A stretch of 64,000 nt of DNA, from the NCBI RefSeq assembly GCF_026210795.1, contig NC_089435.1, forward strand, positions 4,216,001 to 4,280,000. The letters are read 5' to 3'. Below the pieces are notes generated by a model. That model had not been told where the DNA came from. It was given only the letters and a program-made list of their open reading frames with translations, and did no database searches. Shown piece after piece: positions 49,488 through 63,428 of this stretch (within the stretch, counting starts at the first letter, position 1; each line of letters starts with the position of its first letter). This DNA is from Rhizophagus irregularis. Lineage: Eukaryota. The translations under genes were made by a program, and so were the position numbers.

Positions 49488-52400
49488 TCTTATTTTGTAA
49501 ATAATTATGAAAAAATAGATTTTTAAAGGAATAAAGTACCCAACGAACTAATCTTGCTTTGTTTTTTTTTAAAAAAAAAGAAAAAAATAGTTAAATGTGA
49601 AAAAGGTAAAACCAAATTATTTAAGAATGGAGAATTGACCATGAATTTCCGGAGGTAACAGTGCAACTTACGAATTTAACCATTTTTAAAATTCATTGAT
49701 TTAACAAGCGCCTGAACGCAAACGGAAAATTGATAGATGTCAATGAATAACCATTTCTAAAAATCATTTATTTTATTATTTTAACGCAAATGGAAAATTG
49801 ATAATGATCGGCATGATAATGTCAGCCATAATAAAAATCTAGCCGTGCCTACCCGCCGAAGTGCATGCGTCATCTGACGCACGTGATTGAAGTTTTCATA
49901 CCTTTTAATTAATTTTAGTTTCTTCCTGCTTACATAAAATAAATAAATAAACCTTTTAATGTTAATTTTACTATTTCTTTGATTTACTACAAGATTAAAA
50001 GATCGTAAGTTTCGTTGAAAAAGTTATGATAGGTTGCAAACCAACCGTGCATTAATCTGACAAATTAAATTCTAAGCTTGTGTTCTGTTCTATGCAACTT
50101 AATTAGCAAACATTTTCTTCAAATATTTATTCTAATTCTTTAAGTATGGGACATGTGACAAGAAAATCCAGGACATTCTCTACACTTTTGCGTCCGTGAA
50201 CATTTCAAGATAAAATACGGCCAGAATAAATATAATGCGAAGCACGGAATTATAATTCCTTCTATGCCAGAGCGAGCAGATTTTTTGTAAACTAGATTAG
50301 TAGTCTAGAAATCCCAGAAAGAAATTTTTATAAAGAATATATTGAAAAAGTATGTATGTGGGCATTAAAATATACCGATTTTGTTAACTTTTTTCTTTTA
50401 AATTAAAAGTAGAGTTTTGTTAACTTGCCCCTGGTTAACCTGGGTTGAATCGCCCCCCCTAAAATTTATATTTTATATCAATCATTTTTTTTGAAATTTT
50501 TTTTTTAAAAAAAAAATTATTTGTGTTATTATTCATTTCACTTTATATAGATTTTATTTATTTGGACATTATAGAGCATAATGACCAAGTTTTCTTACAT
50601 TTTTTGACAATGTCTCACATTTTTGATTGTGACCATAATTTACATTTTTTTTTTTTGAAATTTGGGCAAAATTATATGTTAAATCACCCAGATTAAAAGT
50701 ATTTATAATTTTAATGTAAAATATTAGAATTATTTTTTTATCTTCATAAACTAGTAATGCATGAAATACGAAAAATTAAGTAGGTATTACTGATTAAAAT
50801 TAATCCGGACAGATGACAAATCCAATCCGGTTTTAATTTCTCTTTTATTTCTTTATTTGAAAGAGATTTCATTATTTCATTGTGCATTAATATATGATCT
50901 TGGGATATACAATAATTCTTTTAACAAATATATATGTGTATACATATCTTTTCACTTCTTTTTAATTATTAAAATGAAATTTATATTATATTGAACAAAT
51001 ATATCAGTATAATTTTTAAATTCTTTGTCCAATACCATTTTAATCCAGCTTTCATTTATTGATATTGTCTCTACTAAAATTATATGTTATTATTAATTTG
51101 CACTTTAAGAATTATGTATCAAATATATGTGCGCATTAGTAGACTTTGTAACTAGAATAATATGGTGCGCACAGTCTAAAGCCAACCACATTTTATCACA
51201 TGACTTCAAAAGAATAGAAGTAACCCAAAAATCAATTATTTTAAATAAACTATCTGTTAAATGATAAATTCATTATCTTTCATATGACAGAACCCTTTAC
51301 TGGTTAAGTAATCATTAACATTAAATATATAAAATCAATATCAGGTATTTTCATTAATTATATGTCAAATTTGGCCATCATAAAGTGGCCCAAAATTACA
51401 AAAATTACATAATTTAAGTCAAAATTTCTCAAACTGCAATAAATCTTAAAAAGTAATCACTCCCCCTATTTTTTCATTACACTGATCGGTATTAAAAGAA
51501 AAAAAAATTGTATACAATATCTACATGCAAAATGCAAACAATTAAGAAAAAAAAATACAAATTACTGAAGAAAGTTTGATGATAAAATAATTGATAATTT
51601 TGAGGATGATGATATTTGGGATAATTTTGATTTGGAGGAAGCTGTAGATAAAAAATCACACCATCTGTTTTTGATATTATGCGTCAAAATTCTTGTAAAG
51701 CATAATTATAAATATGTGTTAACCAATAAAATTCATTTGACATGATATGATTATAAGTCCGAAAATTTGACCACTAAATAAAACATTAGTTAGCTTTAGA
51801 CTGAGAGCACCATACATCACTAATTTTTGTATTTTACTGAAAATTCTTTTTGTATAAGAATAAATTTGCTAAATGATAAGTAATATTATTTACGTAAAAA
51901 AAAATACAGACTGATAGTAAATAAAAAAAAAGACAGGAGACCAAAGGACACGCTAAGAAAGACCCAAGGACATTGGGAGAAGCTAAGAAAGCTAAAAAGT
52001 GAACTAAAAAAATATAATAAAAAAATATTGGTAACATAATTTCTGCACCATAACGACTTATATATATTTCCGTACGTATAAATCTGATAATAGAACCAAT
52101 TAAATTTGCTTAATGGAAGACTCTAGGGTTTAGGATTCTTTCAGAAATTTTTGGAGCATACAAAGTGAAGTATCTTAATATTCGGAATGATTAAAGCATT
52201 CTTCATAATTATGATTCTTTAACCATCTTAATTTCTGATGTTCTGATAAATATAGTTCGATTATAATTTATATGTATAAATTCATATAAGTAATTGTCTT
52301 AATTAATTAATTATAATAAAAAAATTTCTGCGCGTTTATATAATTTACATTCACAAAATTTACCTCACTTAAAGTAACACCTGACTAATACTTAAACTTC

Positions 52401-53049
52401 TCATATGATTAAAATTAGCAATAAATATAGTTACGTGAAATGACTGAAAGTTCTGAAGTAAAATTGCAATTTCAACAAGATTTCAATAAATGGATATTGG
52501 AGATGCTAAGAATATTATGTTTTACTATGCAATTATTACTTGAAGATTCAAATTGTCAGACTACTTCAAAACTTTGACTTACAATCCACTTAAATTCAAT
52601 AACTTATAGCATAATTATTCCACTCTGGCTACGTCGGATGCATAACCATAATGACTAATGAATGCGTGAATTCTCATTATAACATATATATATTTGGATA
52701 CTTGTATCAAACAAATATGTGACAAATTAACAAATTACACGAATTATTCCGAATTAAGTAACGATAAATTTTTTTAGTCGAAGTTAAGAAGAGTAAAAAT
52801 ATGTATTTGAAAGCCAGTAAATCTGTGGTACATGAGTATTTTACTATATATAACCCAGCGGCGTACCAAACCCATTTACCGTACTAGCAAAATTTTTTTA
52901 ACCCGTTTTTGTCCCTGTCACAATCGACAATTTTATTTAATATGTATCCCGATTTATGTAACACTGCATTTGTACTTCGGTACTTCCAATAGTATAAAAA
53001 TTTGCCAAATGGTTTTATTAGAAAATTATGCTTCCAACCTTTCCAAAAG

Positions 53050-53328
53050 CAGAGGTCCGATCCGTATCCATGTCCGTGAATATCGGATAATCCGTAAGCT
53101 CATTCACAAATCCGGATTTGTTATCCGTAAAACCCAAATAAATCATAATGAATCTGGATTTACCCGTGATGGATAATTATTTATATATAAAACACATATC
53201 GTCCAATCAAGAACTGCCATGAGTCATCTGATAAAAAAAAGAATAGAAATCCGCACATCCGCATATCCATGATTTCTTATCCGTCACCTAAAATTACTCC
53301 GCATATCCATGCACGGATCGGACCTCTA
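53050..53328. mobile_element. hAT-like MITE (~280 bp)
   Basis: TIR agaggtccgatccgt / acggatcggacctct; dense atccg subterminal repeats; ccaaaag near both flanks (TSD imperfect). Confidence 0.75.
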
Positions 53329-55208
53329 TGACCAAAAGTGCTTCCAATAGTGCTTCCAATCTTCCAAGAGCGCATCACTGCACTACCTATATACACTACC
53401 TATATGACACGTAGATCACGTAACACTTGCATAACTTATGGACTTAAAAAAAAAAAGTATTAAATTTGGTTTGGATGAAAAAGATATTTAACCGAGCGAA
53501 ATAAGGACTACTGTTTTTGATTGTTATTATGTGTTTGCTAATATACTAGGGAAGAAACCGTTTAAGTATTGAACTCATAAATGCCGTTTTTAATGCATCT
53601 GCTTAATTTTTGGGACTGTATTATATTTATTTTCTTTGACACTTTTAATCCCCTGTCGCACTAAGTGTCACTCATGATCACCTTCATACTAATTTTTTAA
53701 AATTGCGAGTGATTAGCTGAGTTTATAAATGATCGGGAATCTTCGTTTATTTATTTCCCCGGCCTCATATAGATAGCCGGGAGATTACTAATTTTAGTTT
53801 TAAAAGTTAATCTTTAATGAGTGACACGCTCCAGGGGATTACCCATTTATTTCATGAGAAGGGGGACATTAGGGGGTTTTTCCCTTTGGGAAAGAAGCCC
53901 TATTATTCCCAACTCCTTATGATACAAATTACTAATTGCCGTTAATGAGCTAAATCTTCAAGAACTGGGGGCAGAAATCCGGCATTGATCGAAATGATCG
54001 GCGTATTAACTTTTCAAAAAATTCACATGGGTAATAAATTCAGGATAAATAAATATCAGAAAGTTGATGTCGGTCAATTAACCGGCTAAATAAACGGTTT
54101 TACCTAACTTCCGGTATACAGCAGATTATATAACTCGAAGTTTATTAAATATATTGATTAGAAATGTTGATTACATGCTTACTAATAAAGTAAATATCTT
54201 ATTAATATAATCCGGTTATACTAAGCAGTATTAGCATAGCATCGGTCAAAATAAAGAATAATGCTAGTCGAAATTATTATAATTCTGTCCGAAATTCATT
54301 ATTGCAACATACATAATTTTATCCGTAAAATTTTTTTTTTAGAATAGCCTGCAAATGCATTTGTTTACGAACAATGAGATTATCAGTCATACCCCTATTT
54401 TTATTTTTAACATAAAGACAGTAACGGGGCGCTACAGTAAATCAAACCCCCTATTATAATAAAGAAAATTTTTGCCAAGACATGGTACAAAGTCACGTGA
54501 CTGTATTAACATAACGTTTATGTATAGATATCTTTGAAAATCATGGTCTGATTATGCCTAAGATCTTTTTTGTGTCACAACTTGGGCCTATATGGTTACC
54601 CTTGAATCCCAATCGATGTCTTTATAAATAAATAAATAAATAAATAAATAATTGTCGATCGCTACTACTAAAAGCTTAATTTTTTTCAGCCAATTTGAAT
54701 TAACGTTTCTTTAAATTCGTCATCGCCGCCGACGAACATGATGAGCGCAAATCTTGATGTCATATATCGTACAAAAATAATAGTTCAAATAGAGCCTTTA
54801 AATTGAAAAAATTTTCCTTTTTTCCTAGTTGACATTTTGTTCATCTATAAACAAATTTGTATAATTTTGTATAATTAGTATACCGAATTATTTACTTCAA
54901 AAAAAAAATATTTCAATTAACCTGTACGCCAAAGATTTTGTTAAGCGATTGCTTGTAATGAAAAATATACATATATTTATTATTTACTTTTTATTATCGG
55001 TTAATTATCCTATCATATTGTTCAAAGGTAATAAACAAACAATTATGTCAAAAAACATTCGTATTTTATTAATGGTTCATTGTCACATGATCACGAATCA
55101 ATTTAACTAACGAATTTTTTTTTTTTTAGCGAATCATATTATTAAGGAACATTTCTTTTAAAAACAAAACATAATACGGAATTGTAATTTCTCCCTAATT
55201 TAAAGAAA

Positions 55209-58200
55209 ATGTCTGAAGGTGGTGTCTTATCAGGGGTTATACCTACTGAATATAGTCCCAGTAATCCTTTAACACTTTTTATTATTCAGGTAATTAAAAG
55301 TCAATTTTACTTCTTTAATCACGATAATTTTTGACATTATTAAATTTAATTATTTTAAATAGGTTGTGATCATTATTGCCTTTACGCGTCTCCTTAATAT
55401 TGTATTATCTCCTTTAAAACAACCACGTGTTATTTCTGAAGTTATTGGTGGGATTATCCTTGGTCCTTCAGTATTTGGCAGAATCCCCGGTTATATGAAT
55501 ACTATATTTCCTGATGCATCTAAACCTCAACTTAATTTAGCTGCAAATGTGGGTTTAGTTCTTTTCTTATTCATTGTTGGAGTTGAAATGAATCCAAAAG
55601 CAATCTTGAAAAATGCTAAAGCTGCCATTAGTATTTCTGCTGGTGGTATTAGTCTGTGTTTTGCGTTGGGATCGGCTGTAAGTTATGGATTATACAATAA
55701 TTTTACCGATAAAACGGAGAAATTTCCGATTTTTTTAATTTTTATTGGTGTAGCGATGTCAATTACCGTAAGTCTTACTTTTTTTCATCTTTTTTTTTTA
55801 CGTCATTATTCAATTCAATATTTCTTTTTTCTTTATTCTAGGCTTTTCCCGTTCTTGCTCGTATTTTATCAGAACTTCAAGTAATTCGCTCTCCAGTAGG
55901 AGTTGCAGCATTAACTGCCAGTGTTAATGATGATGTGACGTCATGGATTTTATTAGCATTGGTCGTCTCTTTGGTCAATTCATCAAATAACTTAACAGCC
56001 CTTTATGTCTTTTTACTCTGTATTGGTTGGGTTTTTATTGTGGTCATGATAATTCGTCCAATATTAATTAAACTGATCATTAAAACTGGTAGCAATGAGA
56101 ATGGACCTACCTTATCCATGACTGTTATTACGTTATCTACTGTACTTGTTTCCGCTTTTGTGACTAGTATAATTGGAGTTCATGCGATTCTTGGTGGCTT
56201 CATGATCGGTGTAATTATTCCACATGAAGGTGGATTTGCTGTTGGAATTACGGAAAAAATCGAAGATCTGATCAATGTATTGTTTTTACCTGTCGTATGT
56301 AACTTACACCGTTTTAATTTTATATCTTTAATAATATTTTATATTAAATAATTAATTAATGATTTTCATTTTTTTATATCATAGTATTTTGCTCTATCGG
56401 GATTAAAAACTCAACTAGGTTTATTGAATGATGGAAAAATTTGGCTTTGGGTTTTTGTAGTAATTTTATGTGCTATGATGGGAAAGATTATTGGATGTGG
56501 ATCAATGGCAAGATTAAATAAGTATACAATTAGAGAATCCTTGACAATTGGAGTCTTTATGAGTTGTAAAGGGTAAGTAAAATATATTTTATTTATATTT
56601 TACAAAATTCAGAATAATGTGCTTTTTATATTCTGATTTCTGATTTCAACTTTAATATTTTTTTTTATAAAGTCTTGTTGAATTGATCATACTTAATATT
56701 GGATATGATTCAAAAGTTATTAATGATAAAATATTTGTTGTTATGGTGGTAATGTAAGTAATTTTTTCTTTGTGTATACATCAAACAACAAATATATATA
56801 TATCATTAACTTCAATCTTCTTTCATTAGGGCTCTTGTTACTACGGTTACAACATCTCCTCTTGCAACTTGGATTTATTCAAACGAATATCAAAAAAAAT
56901 TGGAAATTAGTAGAAATGAAAAACTTGGTCTTGGTTCTCAAAGTTCTGTTAATAAATTATTACATAAAACCAATTACAGCAAACTTTTAGTTGTATTGAA
57001 CAAGGTTGAATGGTTACCAGCTATGATGTCCTTAGTACAATTATTACAACCTTTACCTAAATCAACTGTTGTTATAAATAAGAGTGATTTACATGAAGAA
57101 GAACTTAGTTTAGCACCAGTTAATTCATCAACTGTGGTGGAACATGGCGGCAATGAACCACTCGTTGTTCATGCGTTAAGAATAGTTGAGCTTAAACAAC
57201 GTATTTCGGATGTAATGAAATTTAATGAATCTGAAGAAATGACATTACGTGATCCAATAATGAATGTATTTCGTATGTTTGGTCAATTGAATTTTGTAAA
57301 TATCAAGGCCAACCTTACAGTTGCTCCTTTTCAAAATTTTGCAAGACAAGTCGCGGATAGTGTTAAAGATACAGAATCCGAAATAGTTATTATTCCATGG
57401 AATGGTGCAGGTTCTATTGTCGATGATCCTATAAATCCTCTTGGAGTACCCAAAGAACAGAAACTAACTAGTTCGCAAGTTGCTTCTTTTGTTCAAGGAG
57501 TTTTTAGTGAAGTTAATGTATGTATTGGCTTCTTAATTGATAGAGGACTTGGAGTAGGAACTAGAAAATTACAAACACCACTCCCAAATGGATTAGACAT
57601 ACATGTTTACTTTCCTTTCTTTGGAGGAATTGATGATAGGGAAGCTTTATCTTTTGTTGTTCGATTATTAAATCACCCAAATGTTACAGCCACAGTAATA
57701 CGAATAAAGAAAACTAATGAACCTACAGATAATGACGCAACACTAAGTAGGGCTGATCCACTCGTAACTCACTTTAATCCACAAAATGATATTGAACCAC
57801 AACGACCACCACTCGCACATGAAATGTCAACAACTTCGGATCATGTCCTTAATTCCGGTGTAGAACAAGAATTATCTCGGGAAGCTGATGAATTATTACT
57901 ATCAGAATATTTCAAAGTAAATACTGGTAAATTAATAGATAATCCTAGGATTAAATTTCGGGAAATTTCTTCTTCAACGCCTTTACAAACAGCTGTTAAA
58001 CGTGGTGAGGAAATTGTCAAACAAAAAGATCTAATAGTTGTAGGGCGTGGACGTCAAAAAGCAGTTGTAAGTCATCGAGAAGAATTTGCTGAGGTATTAA
58101 AGAACTTTGGTCTGAGTTATGGCAATGATACACGGAAATGTTTAGGAGATTTGGCTGAAGCTTTTCTCGTTAGTCAAATTGCATCAAGTTTATGTGTTAT

Positions 58201-58219
58201 ACAAGGAATTAAAAGATAG
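55209..58219 (+). CDS. KHA1: K+/H+ antiporter (CPA2 family, fungal KHA1 / plant CHX-like), 865 aa, 6 exons
   Basis: Exons 55209-55289, 55363-55767, 55842-56294, 56385-56572, 56673-56753, 56830-58219 (2598 nt, GT-AG, frame intact). Motifs QPRVISEVIGGIILGPS, ITAFPVLARIL, DDVTSWILLAL, HAILGGF, MSCKGLVELIILNIG, MALVTT and C-terminal FFGGIDDREAL. Confidence 0.93.
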
Positions 58220-59024
58220 ATTATGCAATAATATCATATTCGTATTCTTTTTTACATACCTCTCAAAACAAGTGACATTCACCAGTGATTTTAATAGATC
58301 ATTGTCTAGTAAATTTCTTCATTTTAATTTTACCTTTAGCGATTTATTTATTGATCTACAGTATGTAAACAAAGGGTATCTACTATAATTTATTTTTTAT
58401 AAGTGTATATAAAAGTTATTGTTTCCAACAATTCAATTTAGATTGAACATATTGTACAAATATTTATGAGTATGTTTGAAATCGTGTCAAAAATTATCTA
58501 TGATGATCAAATACAAGATAAACTTGGGAATAAATCAGAATTTCAATTTCAGACTTCCCAAATCTGAAGGTTTGGGCACACTTTGATGCCCCATGTATGT
58601 TATTTTGACATATAACTCAACCATGCTAAAAACGTGTCTACACTAATTTAACAGGGTTTAAGGTATAAAACTCTCGGAAGAGTTTGGACTATGACAAAAG
58701 ATCAGATCATTGTTGATTAGCTCCTTCTGTTATAATTAGCGATTTTGTGTGTTTGTGCGTTGGTGATAGTATGACTGTTTGGGAAAGCATTCGACCACGA
58801 AGCAGAATTTATTTCATCATCACTACTAAGATTTTTCCTTTGATCGATCCCATAATAACCAAGTTCCGTTTTGGAATTAGACTTCCAATAAGTAATTAAC
58901 TTACACAACGATTCTAATGTTGCTAATTTGAGGTTTAAACGTCTCTCGAAAAGCCACCCTAAGGTTGAGAATCTACGTTCGCACGTAGCTGAATTTGGAC
59001 ATATTGAAAGTAAGTGTCACGTTT

Positions 59025-59225
59025 ATCAATATAAGAGCCTGTAATAATTTCTGCATCAACTACTTTACTTTAAAGATCACGAATAATTAGCCTAGTACCA
59101 TTGCAGAGTCCTGATGGATTCAAATTTCGCAGAAATATAATTGGAACTCTTACTTTTAATTTTAATTCACCAGGAGGAAGGTCAGATGTTTTCAAGAACC
59201 TTAAAAATTCAGGTGAATATACTTG
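59025..59225 (-). mobile_element. Helitron Rep/PIF1-helicase remnant
   Basis: YSPEFLRFLKTSDLPPGELKLKVRVPIIFLRNLNPSGLCNGTRLIIRDL, then after a break KVVDAEIITGSYIDKR. This is the LPP..L.LKVG.P...LRN....GLCNGTR motif of Helitron PIF1 helicases. Confidence 0.8.
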
Positions 59226-60289
59226 AGACTGCTGTTGCTTGATTTGAAGGGGGTGATGGAGAAGCGGTTGATGATGCATGTAAGAAACCTACTTGCTTAT
59301 TTTTTTAATGAATATATAATACCACAACAGAACCAGCTGCATAGACTACGAGATCTAATGAAGGTTCTGTTGCCATTGAAGTTGATTTTGATGCTGTTAA
59401 CCCAATTATCATAAAAAAATTATTCTCGTTTTATAGGAATTAATATTACCACGAACGTTCAAAATGTTACGCTCAATACATCAAATAATACTTGGAATAG
59501 TCTAAACCTGTAATAATTAATATGTTCATAGTAAAGGTAATGACCAAATAGCCAGAGGAAATACACTATAAAAATGTGCGATATAATTACGATAACATTA
59601 ATTATTATAGTTCTATCCCACAAGTGGTCACAACCATAAATACAAAATAAAGTATAACCAACGCAGAAATGATTATTTCTTAATACTGCATATAATATGA
59701 AATATGAATTCTATTTTATTATCTATTAATATTTAAAGTTGAATAAATATCAAGTGTATGAAATTTTAATTTTACAGTAATTGAGCTTAAAGTAAAAACT
59801 AGCCAGTATTTTTTTTGTTCCAGTACCCACCACAGAACTCGGGACTGAAGGGAGCAAATTTTGAGTGTATTAATTAATAGTATCATGGGATCAATGATCA
59901 AAGGATCGGAGCATATTATATTTGAATTTAAATTAAATTTTAGAAATCTCAAGGATGATATTTTTTTTACATGAGATTATCGTAAATGGTGTAAATTATT
60001 GTTAGAATAATGAATGAAAAAAAATCAGTTCACCCGATGTATTGTTTAAATTTTATTTATTATTTTAAAAAAGAAGTTTGTTATTTATCACCACTGGTGG
60101 AGTGGTGGTCAGCACCGGTGTCACATGATTATAATTAACCAATAACTAATTTAAATATTTTATTTAACTTTATGTAATTTTACACGACTAAAAAATTGCG
60201 TACATCTTTAATTTTTGAGAACACCCCAGTCAAATAAATAATAATGGACAAAATGAGTGATAAAGAATAAGAAAGAACAATAAAGAACA

Positions 60290-61045
60290 AAAAGAGTAAT
60301 AAGAAACAATAGTATGAAATGGTAATGGAAAAAGAACAATAGGAGACGAGATAGCAATGAAAAGAACAGTATGGGATGAAATGATGATGAAAAAGCAATA
60401 TAGAATGAAATTGTGATATATAGGATGAAATGGTGATTAAGGGAGACGAAATGATAATGATGAAGTGATATAAAACAAAATGGTAATGGAAAAGAACAAT
60501 AGGAGACGATTCAGACGAAATAGTAATGAAAAGAACAGTATATATGGGATGAAATGATGATGGAAAGCAATATAGAACGAAAGGTGGTAGAAAAAAATGA
60601 TAGGAGACGAAATGGTAGTTAAAGGAACGGTATAGGTTGAAATGATGACAAAAAAGTGATATAGAGCAAAATGGTGATAGAAATAATGATATAAGACGAA
60701 ATGGTGGATGAACGAATGATAATGATAAAGTGATATAGAACAAAATTGCGATGAAAAAAAAAAGATAGGATGAAATAGAGATGAAAGATGAAAGAATAAT
60801 GTGGAACAAAGTGGAGATGGAAAAAGAATGATAGGCAACGAAATAGTGGTGGGAAAAATGATAGGAGATGAAATGGTGATGAAAGGACGAAATGATGATG
60901 AAAAAGCGGTGTAGAATGAAATGGTGATAGAAAAAATGATATAGGATGAAATGGAGATGAAAGAATATATGGAATAAAATGGAGATAGAAAAAGAATGAT
61001 AGGAGATGAAACAGTGATGGAAAAAATGATGAAACAGCATGGCAT
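60290..61045. repeat. purine-strand minisatellite, ~25 degenerate ~29-30-bp units (ataggatgaaatggtgatggaaaaaatg-like)
   Basis: gaaatg(g/a)tga(t)..aaaa..atag recurs about every 29-30 bp; + strand is strongly C-depleted. Confidence 0.8.
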
Positions 61046-61699
61046 TATAAGAAAGAAACAAAAAGACATAAAGCCCAAAAAAGAAGTGAACAGCCCAACC
61101 AAAAAAAGAAAAAGATAGTTAGTTAAAGAAAATAAATTCCCAATTCCAAAAGACCCAAAATAATTTACCATTTACTAGGATACTGATGCCAAAGTTTTAA
61201 AGCCGTTAAAAGGTGGAAAAAACTACTTACAAAAAGTGACGAAGTGGAATGACGAATAAAATGAAAAGAAGGGAGAATAGTTAATATTAATGAAGGAAAA
61301 AAGACATACACAACGTTAAGAAATATGTTCAACTTACCAAAAGCTAAGGAAACTAATAAATCTGATGAGTGTACGTGGCAAACAAATGATTGCATATTTT
61401 TAATACATTTAATAATCAAAATCAATGAAAGAAAACAAATACGATTAAAAAAAATAAAATAATGCGATAATTGAAAATCAAAAGTATATGAAACACATGC
61501 ATATATGTAAAAATCAGCACATTTTGAAAAAATTTTATTTCGTTTCACTTCATGTGGGAAGATAAAAATTTTTTTTTATTTCCATATTTGTAACATGTAT
61601 ATCATTTTGAAATAAAGGTAAATAAATAAAAAAAAAATTACCCTATTCATATTTATATACATTACGTCATTTCAATGAACAGATATTGTAATAACTGGG

Positions 61700-62590
61700 T
61701 TAAGCCTCGATATTTTCTAAGAAAGTAAAAAAAAATCAAAATTTCGTAATTAATGGGGGCTTATCGATTAAATAAATTCACGTGTAAAAAAAAATTTTTT
61801 TTTTTTCACAATTAATTAAGATTTTCACCAAATTATTCCTTAAACGTATAAGTAGATCGCAAATAAATTTTTTTTTTGAATAATTTTAAAAACTATTTGA
61901 TCATAAAATAATAATTGCAGCTCATTACGCCTTAATATTTCCTAAGAAGGTAATAAACAATTAAAATTAGTCATTGGAGGCTTATCGATTATTAATTATG
62001 TTAAATCAATTAACTTTCTTTTTTTTTGAACACGTAATTGTTTGGCATGTAGACACGTAATAAATTCATTTTCCTAAAAAAAAAAATTATTTTTTTCTTC
62101 ACGAAAATTTATTTATTATTATTGACAATTAATTATTTTATTTATTATTATTATTTTTTATTTATTTAATTTAATTTTTTTAAATTACTTATTATTGTCA
62201 ATTAGGATTTTCGCCAAATTTTTCCTTAAATGTATATTATTAAGCCTCAATATTTCCTAAATAATAAACAATTTTTAATGTGGCTGAGATTTTTTTAAAT
62301 TAGTCGTTGGGGGCTTTTTGATTACCTTTTTTCGGATAAAATGAAAATTTTTTTTTTTATTACATGTCTTAAATTCATTCGTTAAAAAAAATTTTTCATT
62401 TTAGATTACAAATTTTTTTTAATTTTTTTTTAACTATAAATAAAAACCAAGTTCGCCAGGTGGGAGGGTGGGCCGCTACTCTGCTCAATAATAACTAATG
62501 GCTAATGATTAATCATTAATGATTAATCAGTAATGATTAATGATTATTAAAATTTCACCCAAAGTATTTCCTTAAACGTATGGGTAGATC
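61700..62590. repeat. degenerate long-period repeat, 3-4 partial units
   Basis: Recurring blocks gcct..atattt.ctaa (61704, 61929, 62245), ggcttatcgatt (61758, 61979; variant 62312) and aaatt.ttccttaaa.gtat (61830, 62216; variant 62561). Confidence 0.6.
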
Positions 62591-63428
62591 ATGACCGAAA
62601 AAGAGTATTTGTTGCAAGTGTTTTGAAGATTTTTGTATGGGAACTTCACGGAGTACATATATAAAAATAAATAACTATTACTTTAAATTATTTTTGCGTT
62701 ACAAGGTACAAATAAATAAAATAGTGAAAATGGGGGACTTGTTTTCTATCCTACGATAAAAAAAAATTTATCCGGTATCACGTGATTTTGTGATGGATTT
62801 TGAGCATGTGATTTTGATACATACGGTGCAGTTGATTATACATTTCTTGATCACAAAATTATTTTTTAAAATGAAAATTGGATTGTTTTCTTTATAATAA
62901 AATTCTATTTTTAAAGATGCCTATTACAATGGTTATAGTTCCTTTAAGCCATTATTCGAATTTACATGTTATTATGGAGCTAAGGGTGTTAACTAAAACT
63001 TGCAGAAAATATGAAAACTTGTAGGAAAATTTCTAGTTTCAACGATGTTATTTTGACGATCTAATTAATGCTATCAGAAAAGTATTCTCTTCTAGAAGAA
63101 CAAAAACTAGAGAGTAATAAAAGAAATCATAATTAATTAGTTGAAGATGTTGAAAAATTTTGAAAAAGTGAACTATATTATTAACATGGCTAATAACACT
63201 TGTTAATACAATAATTTACTATTGTAAATTATTTTATTTAGTTTTTAAATAAAAATTGAGTTGTTTTAAATCAATATTACATTTTATTTTATTTTAATAA
63301 TATTTAAATTTAAAATACTTATATTTGGAGTTAACAAGTTAACACTGATGTTTTAGAGCTGGGATGAGGGTAAGGATTAGGAAGGCTGGTTTAGGCTGAA
63401 AGATTACCATTAGAGTTCGTTGAGTTAG

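Noticed and set aside
52440..52500. KLQFQQDFNKW, similar to the segment upstream of TKL kinase domains
   Set aside because: Too short, with no supporting downstream motifs.
60180..61548. F/H/I/S-rich minus-strand ORFs (293, 244 and 127 aa)
   Set aside because: By-product of a pyrimidine-rich minisatellite strand; overlapping open frames and no domain features.
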